Positions 1 to 12,779 of a DNA stretch of 64,000 nt are shown here, in pieces; positions within the stretch are counted from its first letter, which is position 1; each line of letters starts with the position of its first letter. A model generated the notes under the pieces. That model made no database searches. It saw only the letters and a list, made by a program, of their open reading frames with translations, and had not been told where the DNA came from. The stretch is from Chrysomallon squamiferum (lineage: Eukaryota > Animalia > Mollusca): contig CM022673.1 of the NCBI GenBank assembly GCA_012295275.1, forward strand, positions 21,204,001-21,268,000, read 5' to 3'. The translations under genes and the position numbers were made by a program.

Positions 1-1535
1 ACGAAGCAGAATTACACCATGCTTTAAGAATTCACGTCTTAACGCCGTCTAGTTAATTCACAAAAACTGACACGACTGAGGCTAATTTAAAATTACAGTA
101 AAGATTAGGTTTAAGATATAAAATAACTCTACTCCCGGCACCATATTTAGAGAATGTGTGAAGAAGTTATACGTTTTCACTAATTAAAAATAACGAAATG
201 AATACATACTTTAATGTTAATTGAATTTATGTATAGAACATATTATTTTTTTATTAATGATTATATTCCAGAGGAAACTTAAAACCGCAATTACATCAGT
301 GTCTTTCGATGAAAGAGTATCCTACAGCGGCATATTATCTGTGCTAAAATTCGAGCTTGTAATAAAGCATGATAATGAGTCCTCTGATAAAATACTGTTC
401 TATTATGAAGTTGTAATCGTGGATAAAACGGATTAATATGATGCAGTACATTTATAAAACAGATCAAACAAGAAATCTATACAAATGTAGTCTAATCTTT
501 TAATAAAATGAATCAGAATTTGAATTTTAATATTGTTAAATCAGAAGAGATCATCTTTAATAAGTAGCATGCTGAATGTAATATGTATTTTCCATATTAC
601 GTATTATTTATTTATTTATTTTAATTCAATATTATTTTATTTAATATCTCAGCTTATATATCTCAGATTATCTTTGTATGTCATTTCCAAAACTTCAAAT
701 CTCATTTATGATCTGTTAATAAAAAAAAAAAAGAGAGAAGTAACAACAGAGCCTAGGGAGGTGGCCACGGCTAATAAAGCTGTTAGATTAATCGCGCCAT
801 TTTTATTTCTTGTTAATTTTTATTTCATTATTATTATTATAATTATTATTTTCGCCGAAATTGTATACCACACCAACACGTGAACAGTTTGGGTGCCCGT
901 GGATAAAAGTGGAGAAATGACAAGTTAAAATGAGACCACCTTAGAAGCCGAGAGATCCTTTCTGCGCCTTTTGTCCAGCTATCCTTTAATCTTGCAGCTC
1001 CGCGATAGAGAGGATGAGAATCCTGCCGCGATTTCGTCGCCTCGCCGTAATCCTTCTGCATCCTTTGTACGAATATAATAGAAACTTGTGAGCTGAAAGA
1101 AGCTAAATTTCTTGCTAATTTGTTATGAGAAGGCACTGATAATATGTGATAATCGGTTTACTATTTTTGTATGCTGTCTTTGTGTTTGTTCATGTTCGTT
1201 CAGTACGTTAGACTTTCGTCGATGGTTCTTTCTCGTTCAATAAGGCGGGTCGCACCGATCGAGGGAGGGATTGTCCCATGCTACAGTTAAACATGGCTGC
1301 GGTTGGTTGAACTGCTCGCTCCCTACGTCGTGTCACATAATGAGAAGTTAAAATACAAGTCATAACTGATTAGTCGTAATTCCACTTTAAATTATTTGCT
1401 GGTGACGGAGCAGTTATTGCAATGAAAGCAAACACATTTTCTCCTATACACACACTCTCATTCACAGCTAAGAATTCACATAAAGAAAGGCAGAAACTAC
1501 GAAATACAGGAGAAAGATAAAACCAAAAAAAAAAA

Positions 1536-1604
<69 letters not shown>

Positions 1605-2786
1605 TGACTTAATAACAAAGAATAAAGAAGAACAAAGACTCTGAATTAGTAATGGATCGACAACAAAATGAGCTCAGCACCAGAGAAACTATTATATAGA
1701 CCTGTAGCTTTATAAATAAACTTAGTTATCCTAATGGCTAATGCTAATAAAAGGTTCAGTCTGTTGCCCTATCTCCACCTTTCCCAAAAATAAAAATAAA
1801 TAAATAACCAACTAACAGCTGCACATTTGAAAGAGAATGTAACAAAACTAATGAAAGTAGATCCACAGTCATAAAATATAACAGGGATCATTTTATTGGA
1901 TACCTAATGAACGAGCTAGCTCCTTCAAATTCAAAGATGGCCTTCTATTTACAAAATGACCACCAAAAATCGTAAATTTATCTACATGTAATTTGTTGTT
2001 TTCATGCTCTTGGTCCAGTAACGTATTACGATTTTCAGTTTCTATAATTGGTCTCTTTCCTTTTTGTGACTTTCGATATCTTCGTATGAAAAGTATATGC
2101 AAAACTCCTTCATACATACTTACACACGTTATTGTATGTTTTTTTGTGTGTGTGTGTGTGTTAATTTTATTTTGGGTTCATAATGATGAAACATGTTTTG
2201 TTCTATCTCAAAATAAACTGAAAGGTGTTAGAAGTAAATTAAAAGGAAGTGTTTTTGTATATGTGAATCATGTAAAAATTTTTTTTACAGTTTGCGGTCT
2301 AAATATATTTTGTACGTATGAATCATGTTATTGTGCCGGATTCGGTCTAACGTAATTCTGTGAAAAAGCTTTACCTTCCCTCAGCTAAATGATACACATT
2401 ATCCCGCCACAGTTCTACCTTTAAATAAAAGACTACGCTTAAATAATAGATTGTTGAGTCTATGAAACAGCTTCTGCCTTCTAATTACGTTCAGACGAGG
2501 ATCAGTCGGCGAGGTGTTCAGATGGATACATAGCCGTCTGAAAAGTTTACAATTATCTCTAAAACTGCAATTTAAGATGAAGTAAATGTGTAGGTAATTG
2601 TGTTGTTAAACGAATGTCACATGTAATTAACGGACACCCAGTTTTATAAAAATGTCTAATTAATTGAAAATATAGTTCAGAAGAAATTTCTATAGTTAAA
2701 GTTTGCGCGCCTTTGTACACGAACAGTGCATGGCGTACGAATTGTGTGGGATAGGCTTGGTAGTAGTAGTAATAATAATAATAATA

Positions 2787-2830
<44 letters not shown>

Positions 2831-3338
2831 ATATTAAGAGTACGTTAGCATAAAGATTTGTTATTTTGTATTTTTATTATTATTATTGCTGTTGTGTATT
2901 ATAACTTGTTAATCACGTACGCTATTCTGGACACAAATGCTATATAAATTAGTAAACCGAGTGATATTATTCCATTTTCAATTACATATACACACACATA
3001 TAAACACACATACACACGCACTAAAATAGACATATAAAGAGATAAAATCTTTCTTGTGTTTCTCCTTCTTCTTTCTTTTTTCTTTTCCCCTCAGATTCGT
3101 AGTAAAAGCAGATACATTTTTAATGTATTAAATATCTATGTCCCTCCTTTATCTTTAACCCACAGTTCAGTAAAGAAAACAATACTGTGATTTAACTTAT
3201 TCTCTGTTTAAGCAAATATATTATGTCCCTGGTTTTCACTAAACATATCCGAGCAGGTAAAGACGATAATAATGAAACATTGCTAAAGTTTTCATAACAT
3301 CCTGTACTAAAGTGGCATATTTAATCAGAAACGATTTA

Positions 3339-3458
<120 letters not shown>

Positions 3459-4655
3459 TTTTTTATTCGTTTAATTAAAAAAAACCTTTATATACGAAAA
3501 CCATTTTTTTCTTCCTTCATCTTTTTGTTTTCGTCTGTTACTGTTTAGTTAAATCTTACATAAGATGAGATAAAACTCAGCCGAAGATTAATGAAAACGT
3601 TTAATATTTCTGTCTCCGAGGTTGCAACAGAGGTTATTTGTGTTAATGAACTGATGTTCAGCAGAGGGCCTAACCTCACTAAATTTCAAACATTTGATTG
3701 TTAGAACTGAGTGGACATCGCCATCGAGTCAGTGTTGTACCCTACCCGACAGGTCAAACTTTCAACTGCACTGTGAGCGAATGTAACTTAGTAAACAATT
3801 CTCTGAGCAAAATCAGTATCTGAGGTAAGAAAAGTAAAACATATTTTGAACTGTCAATTGTATGTGTGTGTGCGTGTGCGTTTGTGCGTGTGTACAAAAA
3901 CATAGAAATAGAACATTAAAATTCAAAGTATCCAGTACGTCAATTAATAACAGTCAAATAAAACAGTTTGCTAGAAAATATATAATTAACCTCATTTACA
4001 AAATATGAATAAATTTTACATCCTTTCTAGATGTCTTAAAAAAAAAATAAAAAATAAAGTAAAAAATAGAACTAAAATAATAATCAGCTACTAAAACGCA
4101 GACAAAAAAAGTCTGAATCGACTGCTCAGCTCGGATTAGAATAATCTCAGGGTTGATATTAGTACAAGCAGAACGATAGAAACCTTCCTGCTGAGACGTT
4201 CCATATTATTTTTTTCTTCCTCTGAATATGTCGGGACACAATGCACGTGGCTGTCATGAGAACGCCATCAATACAACACCAACTGTGACAACAATACAAC
4301 ACCGACTGCGACAACTACAGTCTTTTTTCTCCGCTCGGCCTTTGACTCGTCAAGCAAGACGGAGATGAAAGTGGTGTGTGAGACCGCCACAATATTTACC
4401 CTGTCAAATGTGGGGAGTAGACACGACAGAAGCCAGCGGGGGGGTTACCAGTGATGATAACCACGTAATACACTGACTTGCTTTAAACCCAGAGTTGGAA
4501 TAGCTTTCGACATGTTTAAAAACACTGCAGCAGACACCCACACATCACAGGCTCTTGTAATTACAGGGGAAGGGGAAATTTTCACAGATAATCAAAACTG
4601 ACAATAGACTTTGAATACGTACAACTTTTAAGGGATATAGCTTAATAATTTTCAG

Positions 4656-4718
<63 letters not shown>

Positions 4719-5057
4719 CGATTTTTCTTTGCTAATTCTTTCTTTCTTTCTTTCTTTTTCTACTTTATTTTAGTAATAATAATAATAATAATAATAATAA
4801 TAGTTGTAGTAGTTATAAGAACAGAAGGTATAGTGATATTAGTAGGTGTTGCTGTAGAAGTGATTTTAGTAACAGTAGTAGTAGGAGTAACATCAGCAGT
4901 AGTAGCAGTAATAACAGTCTGTAGTAACAGCAGTAGTAGTAGTAATAGTAGTGGTGGTGGTGGTGGTAGAAATGTTGGTAATATTGTTTTTGCTGTTAAA
5001 TATTTTTTTTAAATTTTTTTTATATATATATATATATATATGCTATCACGACTTTGT

Positions 5058-5106
<49 letters not shown>

Positions 5107-6384
5107 TGTGTGTGTGTGTTTTGTATGCTTTTGAGTTTGGCTGTGTGTACATATATATATTTGTATGTGTTTATTTGTGGTGTGAATGTGTTTTGAATAC
5201 GTTTGTGTTTGCGGTGTTGTTTATATGTTTTTGTTATTGTGCTGTATGTATGTGTGTGTGTGTGTTATGTATGTGATAAGTGTATTTATATGTATGTGTG
5301 GTGTGTATTTATGAATGGTGGTGGTTGTATATATGTGTGATGTGTATGTCATAAAATATTTATTTTCTGGCCCTTGAGTTTTAGCGCCTCCCATCACTTT
5401 TCTCTCACCTGTTTAAAAACTACTTTACTGCGTGGACAACTCGGACGATAGTGGTAAACCATTGAAGAGGAAATGAGCGGCTAATACGACAACGTTCACG
5501 TGGGTAAGTATTTCAATTATACAGAAATGTATCCATGTATACAGATTAAAATATATCTACGTTAATTATGTTCCTGTCTTTCACATTAAAATATAGCATT
5601 AAAACAAACGTACTGTCAAAATACCAATGACTCAGTCTTTAGAAACAATTTTACATTATATTTGTGTTAATATGTGTAATATGTCTAGTGAGGTATGTTG
5701 TGTGTGACATGTGTTCTGTGATGTCTTGTATCGTGAGAGTGTGTGTTAATTTTATTTTGTCTTGTCAGTTTTGTTTTTTCTGTAATGTTTCTCTTCTGTA
5801 TGTGAATTGTGGTGTGTATGTGTATTTTTTATTTTAGGTCCGGTGAAAGGTGTGTATGTGATGCCTGTTTATGTTTTTGTTTGATATGTTTGCTGTGACA
5901 TTTTTGTGTTTTTGTGCTGTCTTGTAGTCACCACACATGCACTGAACAGCACGTGTAACCCAGCACACACACAGTTCATCCAGCACTGCACGTGATGTGT
6001 TAACGTCTACTGCATCGTGTGATGTGGTAGTCTGTCTTGCATGTGTAGTGCATGTCTTGTGTATGTTTCTTGTTGTTTTGTTTGTGTTATGAGTCTTGCC
6101 TGAGTGCTGTGATGTCGTGTGTATTAGCTGTCGTATCTTCTATGGAGTGTGTGGAGCATATCTTTTCTATGTGTTTTGTGCGATGATGAATGTCTGCTGA
6201 GATATGTTTTGGTTTTACTGAAGTTTCCTCTAATTTATGTAATCTCTGTTGTTGCTATGTGTGAATGTTCTGCCCTGTGTCACGTGAGCTGCGCATGTGG
6301 GTGTGTTTTATATGCAGCGATGTCTCGAGTGTTGGTTTTCATGTTCTGTCGATGCGATGTATGTCTTGTCTGTATATGTATATG

Positions 6385-6582
6385 TTTTGTTTTGCGTGGT
6401 GTGTGTGTGACCTCTGTATGTGTATTGTCGTATGGGTTAGTTTTTGTTTTGCGTGGTGTGTGTGTGACCTCTGTATGTGTATTGTCGTATGGGTTAGTTT
6501 TTGTTTTGCGTGGTGTGTGTGTGACCTCTGTATGTGTATTGTCGTATGGGTTAGTTTTTGTTTTGCTTGGTGTGTGTGTGAT
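6385..6582. repeat. 57-bp minisatellite, about 3.4 copies
   Basis: Unit ttttgcgtggtgtgtgtgtgacctctgtatgtgtattgtcgtatgggttagtttttg. It explains the 19-aa repeats in the ORF track. Confidence 0.95.
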
Positions 6583-6659
6583 TTGTTTGCTAAGAGTTTT
6601 GTTTCATCCGATATGTTTGTTTGTGTGTTCTGTCTTGTTACAGGCATTTTCATTTACCA

Positions 6660-6709
<50 letters not shown>

Positions 6710-6850
6710 TGTTTGTGGGTCTCTCTCTCTCTCATGTTTACTCTAATTAGACGGATTCACTAAATGTATAAAGCACAGGAGATGTACGAGTGACAGATCG
6801 GTATTAACAGCTGACAGACGCAGCAATGGATCAAAGGATCAGAGATATAT

Positions 6851-7010
6851 AATGAGCTTGTACGTGTCTATATGTTTATGTATATCTACTTATTATATAC
6901 AACGAGCGTGTACGTGTCTATATGTTTATGTATATCTACTAATTATATATAACGAGCGTGTTCGTGTCTATATGTTTATGTATATCTACATATTATATAT
7001 AATGAGCGTG
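6851..7010. repeat. 50-bp minisatellite, about 3.2 copies
   Basis: Units start at 6851, 6901, 6951 and 7001 (aacgagcgtgtacgtgtctatatgtttatgtatatctac...). Confidence 0.95.
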
Positions 7011-7080
7011 CCTGTTAATCGGAAGGTAGGATTGTTCCAGCTGTACTGTGGGTGTATCGACAGGCGTTTATTACCAGTGT

Positions 7081-7124
<44 letters not shown>

Positions 7125-8162
7125 CGCACACACACAAACACACACACACACTCACACACAAACACACACACACTCACACTTACAATGTATATTTATCACC
7201 AATGGACACCCACTCTCTGCAAGTCTTCATCTATGGATTAAACAGTTAGAGTCTGTTTGTACAAAACCAGCCACTTGTTGACACTTAAAGGAATAATTCT
7301 ATTACAGTATTAAATTTGATATATTTTTTCTTAATTTTTTTTTTTTTAAATTTAATATTGTCTTTTTTTTCTCTCTCTTTATTTTATTTTATATTTTTTT
7401 TAACTTCATTATTGATTCATTATTTCTTTTATTTTATTTTTTTTTTTTTTTTTAAAATTTTATTGTTATTTTTTTATAATTATTTTCGTTCATGATGTGC
7501 TGGATAGACTGAGTAGTGGTTAGAAAAGGTTCGGTGTCCACGTTCGTCTATTCCGCACTGATTACCTTTCCCTGGAGATCTGCAAGTCTCTTAAATCTGC
7601 TTTATTTAAGATCTAGTGGACCCCGGGATGACAGTTTTGTAAATTCTCCACGATTATTATCTCCACATTCTCGACAAATTAATAAATCATCAGCGTAATC
7701 TCGTTTTCATTCTCTTCTACGATCTTTCAGTTCAGAAATGAAAATTTAATAGTTTTCTCATATTCGCTATAGTTTTTCTTCATCTCCTTTTTTTGCTCAG
7801 CTAAATGATTCCAGTAATTTTATTATCATCAAAAACTCGCGCAGGCTAAGCTCGTGAGATTTGTTTTTATTTTGTTTCAGTTTTAAATCTCAAACTGCAA
7901 AAGAGATAGAAAAACAATTTTCTAATTTTTACCGATTATTTTAATTTCTAACTTTTTCTTTTTCTTTTTTTCTTCGGTTTTTACTCGTTAGCTTTAAGGG
8001 TATTTTTCGAAAGATGATGATTTTTGTTCTGAATGTTAATACTGAAAGAAGGAAATTAATTTTATTTATTTATTTGTTTGTTTGCTCTCCCTCTATTATC
8101 AACATTTCAGCTACTTCTTTCTTTTATAATCATTATCATCGTTACTATTATTATGGACGCAG

Positions 8163-8318
<156 letters not shown>

Positions 8319-8620
8319 TACATAGATATGTAAATATTTCTAGCCGGGCTGTATAAAGAGCGCTACCATCCTCACACACATTAAAACTGTGTCGCGCATT
8401 CGCGAGGACAGCTGACTGTGTAAGAAAACACTGGCTACTTAATTCCTATACTACATACTTATTTGAACTCTAAAGGATGCAAATACATTTCTTTTTTAAA
8501 TTGTAAATAATTAATTTGCTGAAGTGAAAGTTTCTGTTGATAAGGAACATTTTTTATTATTTAGTTCATTTCAAGGACCGCTGAGGGCAGATGGCGTTTG
8601 TAATATTTAAAACACTATTA

Positions 8621-8702
<82 letters not shown>

Positions 8703-8703
8703 C

Positions 8704-8738
<35 letters not shown>

Positions 8739-8756
8739 TATCATTATCATTATCAC

Positions 8757-8817
<61 letters not shown>

Positions 8818-9210
8818 GTTATTATTATTATTTTATTTATTTATTTATTTATTAACTTTCTTTTAATATGTATTTTTAAAATTATTGTTACGTGTTTGAG
8901 TTTTTCTCTTTTTTTTATTTTGTTTAATATTGTTTTCTCTCTTTCTCCCCCCCCCCCAAATATTTCTCTAAATAATACCTGAAGATCACACAATGTTTTT
9001 TTGCAGATTTTTTCACATAAATACTCACAAATAACTGAAAGGTAGTGTCTTTGTTGTTCTTTTGTTTGGTATTTCATTTAGTTTTTTTTTCCCAGGTTGT
9101 TTGATTTTGAAAGTTTAGCAGATCTTGTGGATGATCGTTAGTTGAACTGAGAGACCTCACAAGTTCAAATGAACTGTAATAATTTACTTAAATAAGTGAA
9201 TCCTATTACT

Positions 9211-9495
9211 CTGTGAAACATGTTTAATTTAGTAAAACAGTTATATGTACACTGTCTGGACTATTACACTGTGAAACATGTTTAATTTAGTAAAACAGTT
9301 ATATGTACACTGTCTGGACTATTACACTGTGAAACATGTTTAATTTAGTAAAACAGTTATATGTACACTCTCTGGACTATTAAACTGTGAAACATGTTTA
9401 ATTTAGTAAAACAGTTATATGTACACTGTCTGGACTATTACACTGTGAAACATGTTTAATTTAGTAAAACAGTTATATGTACACTCTCTGGACTT
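9211..9495. repeat. 58-bp minisatellite, about 5 copies
   Basis: Unit ctgtgaaacatgtttaatttagtaaaacagttatatgtacactgtctggactattaca, near-identical copies, no spacers. Confidence 0.95.
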
Positions 9496-9705
9496 TGGTT
9501 TTGCAGGAAGACAGACATGTGGACATTTCCCCGACCTTTGATGGACATTTCACACTTTGTATCTAATTTACTTGCAACATGTTCTTTAAATGAATTTGCC
9601 AGTCTCCCTGCAAGTCTGATGAACCTAACACACAATTCCCACTCAACCTAGTGGTATTTCAATCCTTTCTGAAATAGTTTTGTGGAGGACACAACAGAAA
9701 CATAC

Positions 9706-9798
<93 letters not shown>

Positions 9799-9887
9799 CA
9801 TCCCTTGTTGCACTTCAGCAGTGAGTAGTTTAAGCACTGGCGACAGTGTAGCTGTTGTGGGGTTGCTGTTGTTGTTGTTGTTTTTTG

Positions 9888-9947
<60 letters not shown>

Positions 9948-10417
9948 TTGTCAAATGTAAGTAGTACAAAAAAAAAATTCTGTTTGTCTGAGATGCTGTA
10001 AATATTAAAACGTGTTTACTCATTAATAACAAATGCGAACTGAACATATTCATAAGACTTTCTCTAAATGAAAACGAAGGAAAAAATAACGAAATAATGA
10101 ATATAGATCTCTAAAATAGTTATTTACACTATAATGAATAAATGACTGCTGAGTGACCAAGAATACTTAAATTTTAAATCTTATTTGGTACGAGTAATAA
10201 GAATTGTTTATATATACACATAGACACCTGAAACCCGGTCATGCCGTCGCATGGAATGTTTTTATTGATTAACTTTCAACATGGTCTTAAAGAGACACAT
10301 TCGCGGTACTCTGGTTAGACTGAGATATAGCAGTCAACATTTTAATGAGGAATGACTTTAATGATTCCCGTACTGGAAACAGTTCCACTTTGTGTTGTTA
10401 GTCTTATGTGATAGCAG

Positions 10418-10464
<47 letters not shown>

Positions 10465-10566
10465 TGTGTGTGTGTGTGAATGAAAAACCAAAATGTTATT
10501 TTATAAAATTTATAAAAAGCTATGTAATTATAAGTATTGTAATATTTCTAAATATAATAATAATAA

Positions 10567-10610
<44 letters not shown>

Positions 10611-10981
10611 TAATAATAATAATAATAATAATACTATTTCCCCTGATAATTGTTAGGCAAGCTAAATTTCTGAATTAAGTTATGAAAAAAAACCGCCAGT
10701 CATAATTATATCGTTTTCTGACAATCACCTTAAAGATTTACCAAAGCCAGATGCAAGCTGATTTTATTGCAGAAGAAAGACAGCGGTGACAAATCAGTTT
10801 ATTTCACGTTTTTGTCAGAATGAGCAAACGACCAATAATAAAGGTGTTGTACAAGAAAAAATCACGTTTAATACAGTTTTTACTGTAAAAGAAAAAAAAA
10901 AAAAAAAAAAAAAAAACAGAGAGAAAAGATGATTAAGATATCCTTATGTTTATTTATGCTTTAACTGAATAAATGACGAAA

Positions 10982-11218
10982 TCATTTTCTTCGGCTCTTC
11001 ACGGCTGTGGTACATCTTTCGAAGAAAAATTCATGACACATGCAGCAGTGGTTATAATAGCTTCCATACATCGCACCACATGGTCCGCAGATACTCTGGC
11101 GAGCTCTGATATATTCATCCGGGTACGCGGTCACGTCACAAGAGTCGCACGGAAATCTTGGTTTCGTGGAAACAGTTACCACCGACAGAGACAAAATTAG
11201 AAAGATTAGTGACGTCAT
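10982..11218 (-). CDS. Secreted cysteine-rich peptide precursor, 78 aa (CHH/ITP-like or SIS-like neuropeptide candidate)
   Basis: ATG at 11218 gives MTSLIFLILSLSVVTVST (signal peptide) + KPRFPCDSCDVTAYPDEYIRARQSICGPCGAMYGSYYNHCCMCHEFFFERCTTAVKSRRK*. It has 8 Cys and a basic C-terminal tail. A splice acceptor (ttttttactttcAG) puts the exon start at 11252, and AATAAA lies on the minus strand at 10798-10803. The family assignment is inference. Confidence 0.85.
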   Translation of the reverse strand: MTSLIFLILSLSVVTVSTKPRFPCDSCDVTAYPDEYIRARQSICGPCGAMYGSYYNHCCMCHEFFFERCTTAVKSRRK

Positions 11219-12779
11219 CTCTTCGACTGTTTCGGTCTGTTTCAGTCTGGTTCTGAAAGTAAAAAAAGTGATTAATATCAAAAATGATCCACAAAAGTAA
11301 TATTTAAAGTGAAAATTACCTAAATACGTTTTATGCATTTTCAAATAGTAATTTTATTTGTTTTGGGCAACCAGCTGTACAATTCTATATACGAAATGAC
11401 GTCATGATTAGTCAGAAAAGTTCAGCTTCGATGCGGTTATTATTATATTTAATTACTATAAAAATGTGGTTCCTGAATACATTTTAAAAATCGGGACCGC
11501 AGTGTGAATCAGCTTTTTTATTTTTTTTTTTTTTTTTTATTTTATTGTTATATTCACCTATTATCTTAATTACTTATATAATTGAATGACATAGATACTA
11601 ACTTTAAAAAGAAAAAAGAAAAATAACCATAAAAGCCAAGTCGTTTGTACGTACCAATGAAGTTAAATTTTAATGTACTTGATACTTAATTCGGCTATAA
11701 AAACGAAGAGAAATAGGGATTCGTGTTTTATTAATGGTTTACATGAGTTTATTGGATATGTGAAGCAAATATTAATAATTACATGTACAAAGGTTCTAAA
11801 AAAAAAAGATCAACAGACTTTAGATACACACACAGCAACATATTAACCAGAACATTTCATAGTTACATCTGCACATATTTGAGTATAGAGTTTCTGTTTG
11901 TATTACATTGCATGGTTTTTCTAAAATACAAACAAACACATTCCACCTAAATGTTGTATTCAGAATAACATAGCCATTTCCATTTTACCTTAAATTAATA
12001 AATTAACTATTTATTTAGTAATTCAGTTTTCGCCTTGTTTTTCTATGTTAGTGTGTGTTTGTATGTATGTATGCACAGGTGTGTATATGCACGTGTGTGT
12101 GTTGTTCTTTGTTCTCCTTATTAAATAATGTTAAAACCAAGATATAAATATATTAATGATCACACTAATAATGATGATCCTAATGAACGTCCAAATTAGC
12201 CATTAGGGAAAAGAAATAGATATCGAGAGTTTACATATGAATGTAAACAGTAACACGTTTAATATGAAATACCGCGTCAACTGTGTGATTATTTCGTGTG
12301 ATTGGCAATCTGCGATTTCGTATAAAGCGGTGTATTGTCATAATTATAAATGTGTATTGGTGATCTAATGATTCTAATAGTGATAATTGCGGTAGAAATA
12401 ACGGTAAGATGAAAATGATGAAAATTAATATATAGTGATACTGATAAAGATGTGGGAGTTGCTGTCATTTTGTTTATAACTAGAAGTGATGCATTCGTAG
12501 TCAGGTAACGGTTACTGCTCTTGGAATAGTGTTGTATTTGTGTATGAATCGTAATCCCTGTTTACTATGCTCATTTTTTTCTTCTGGTTGATTACGTAAT
12601 TTTGTTTACGAAACGTCACGTTTTGTCACATGGTAGTGACGTGTGAATTACTGCGACGCTAAAAGGTTTTTTCTTTTTTTTTTTTTTTTTTGTGGGGAGG
12701 AATATGGCTGAGCGAGGGAAGAAATTAAATGTGCCTTTTTTCCTCTATATTTAATAGATCAGATATATACAACTATAGA

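Noticed and set aside
895-914. gcccgtggataaaagtggag resembles the 3' half of twister ribozymes
   Set aside because: The 5' half (UAAC...GCCGGUCCCAAG) and the pairing partners are absent.
846-1136. 96-aa minus-strand ORF
   Set aside because: It has no recognisable domain or supported exon structure, so I kept it only as a GC-rich island.
9211-9495. Regular repeats resembling a CRISPR array
   Set aside because: The units are head-to-tail with no unique spacers, the context is eukaryotic, and there are no cas genes.
11219-11344. N-terminal 42 aa of the 120-aa ORF in the track
   Set aside because: It crosses a splice acceptor at 11252/11253 and is mostly intronic. The signal peptide begins at the Met at 11218.
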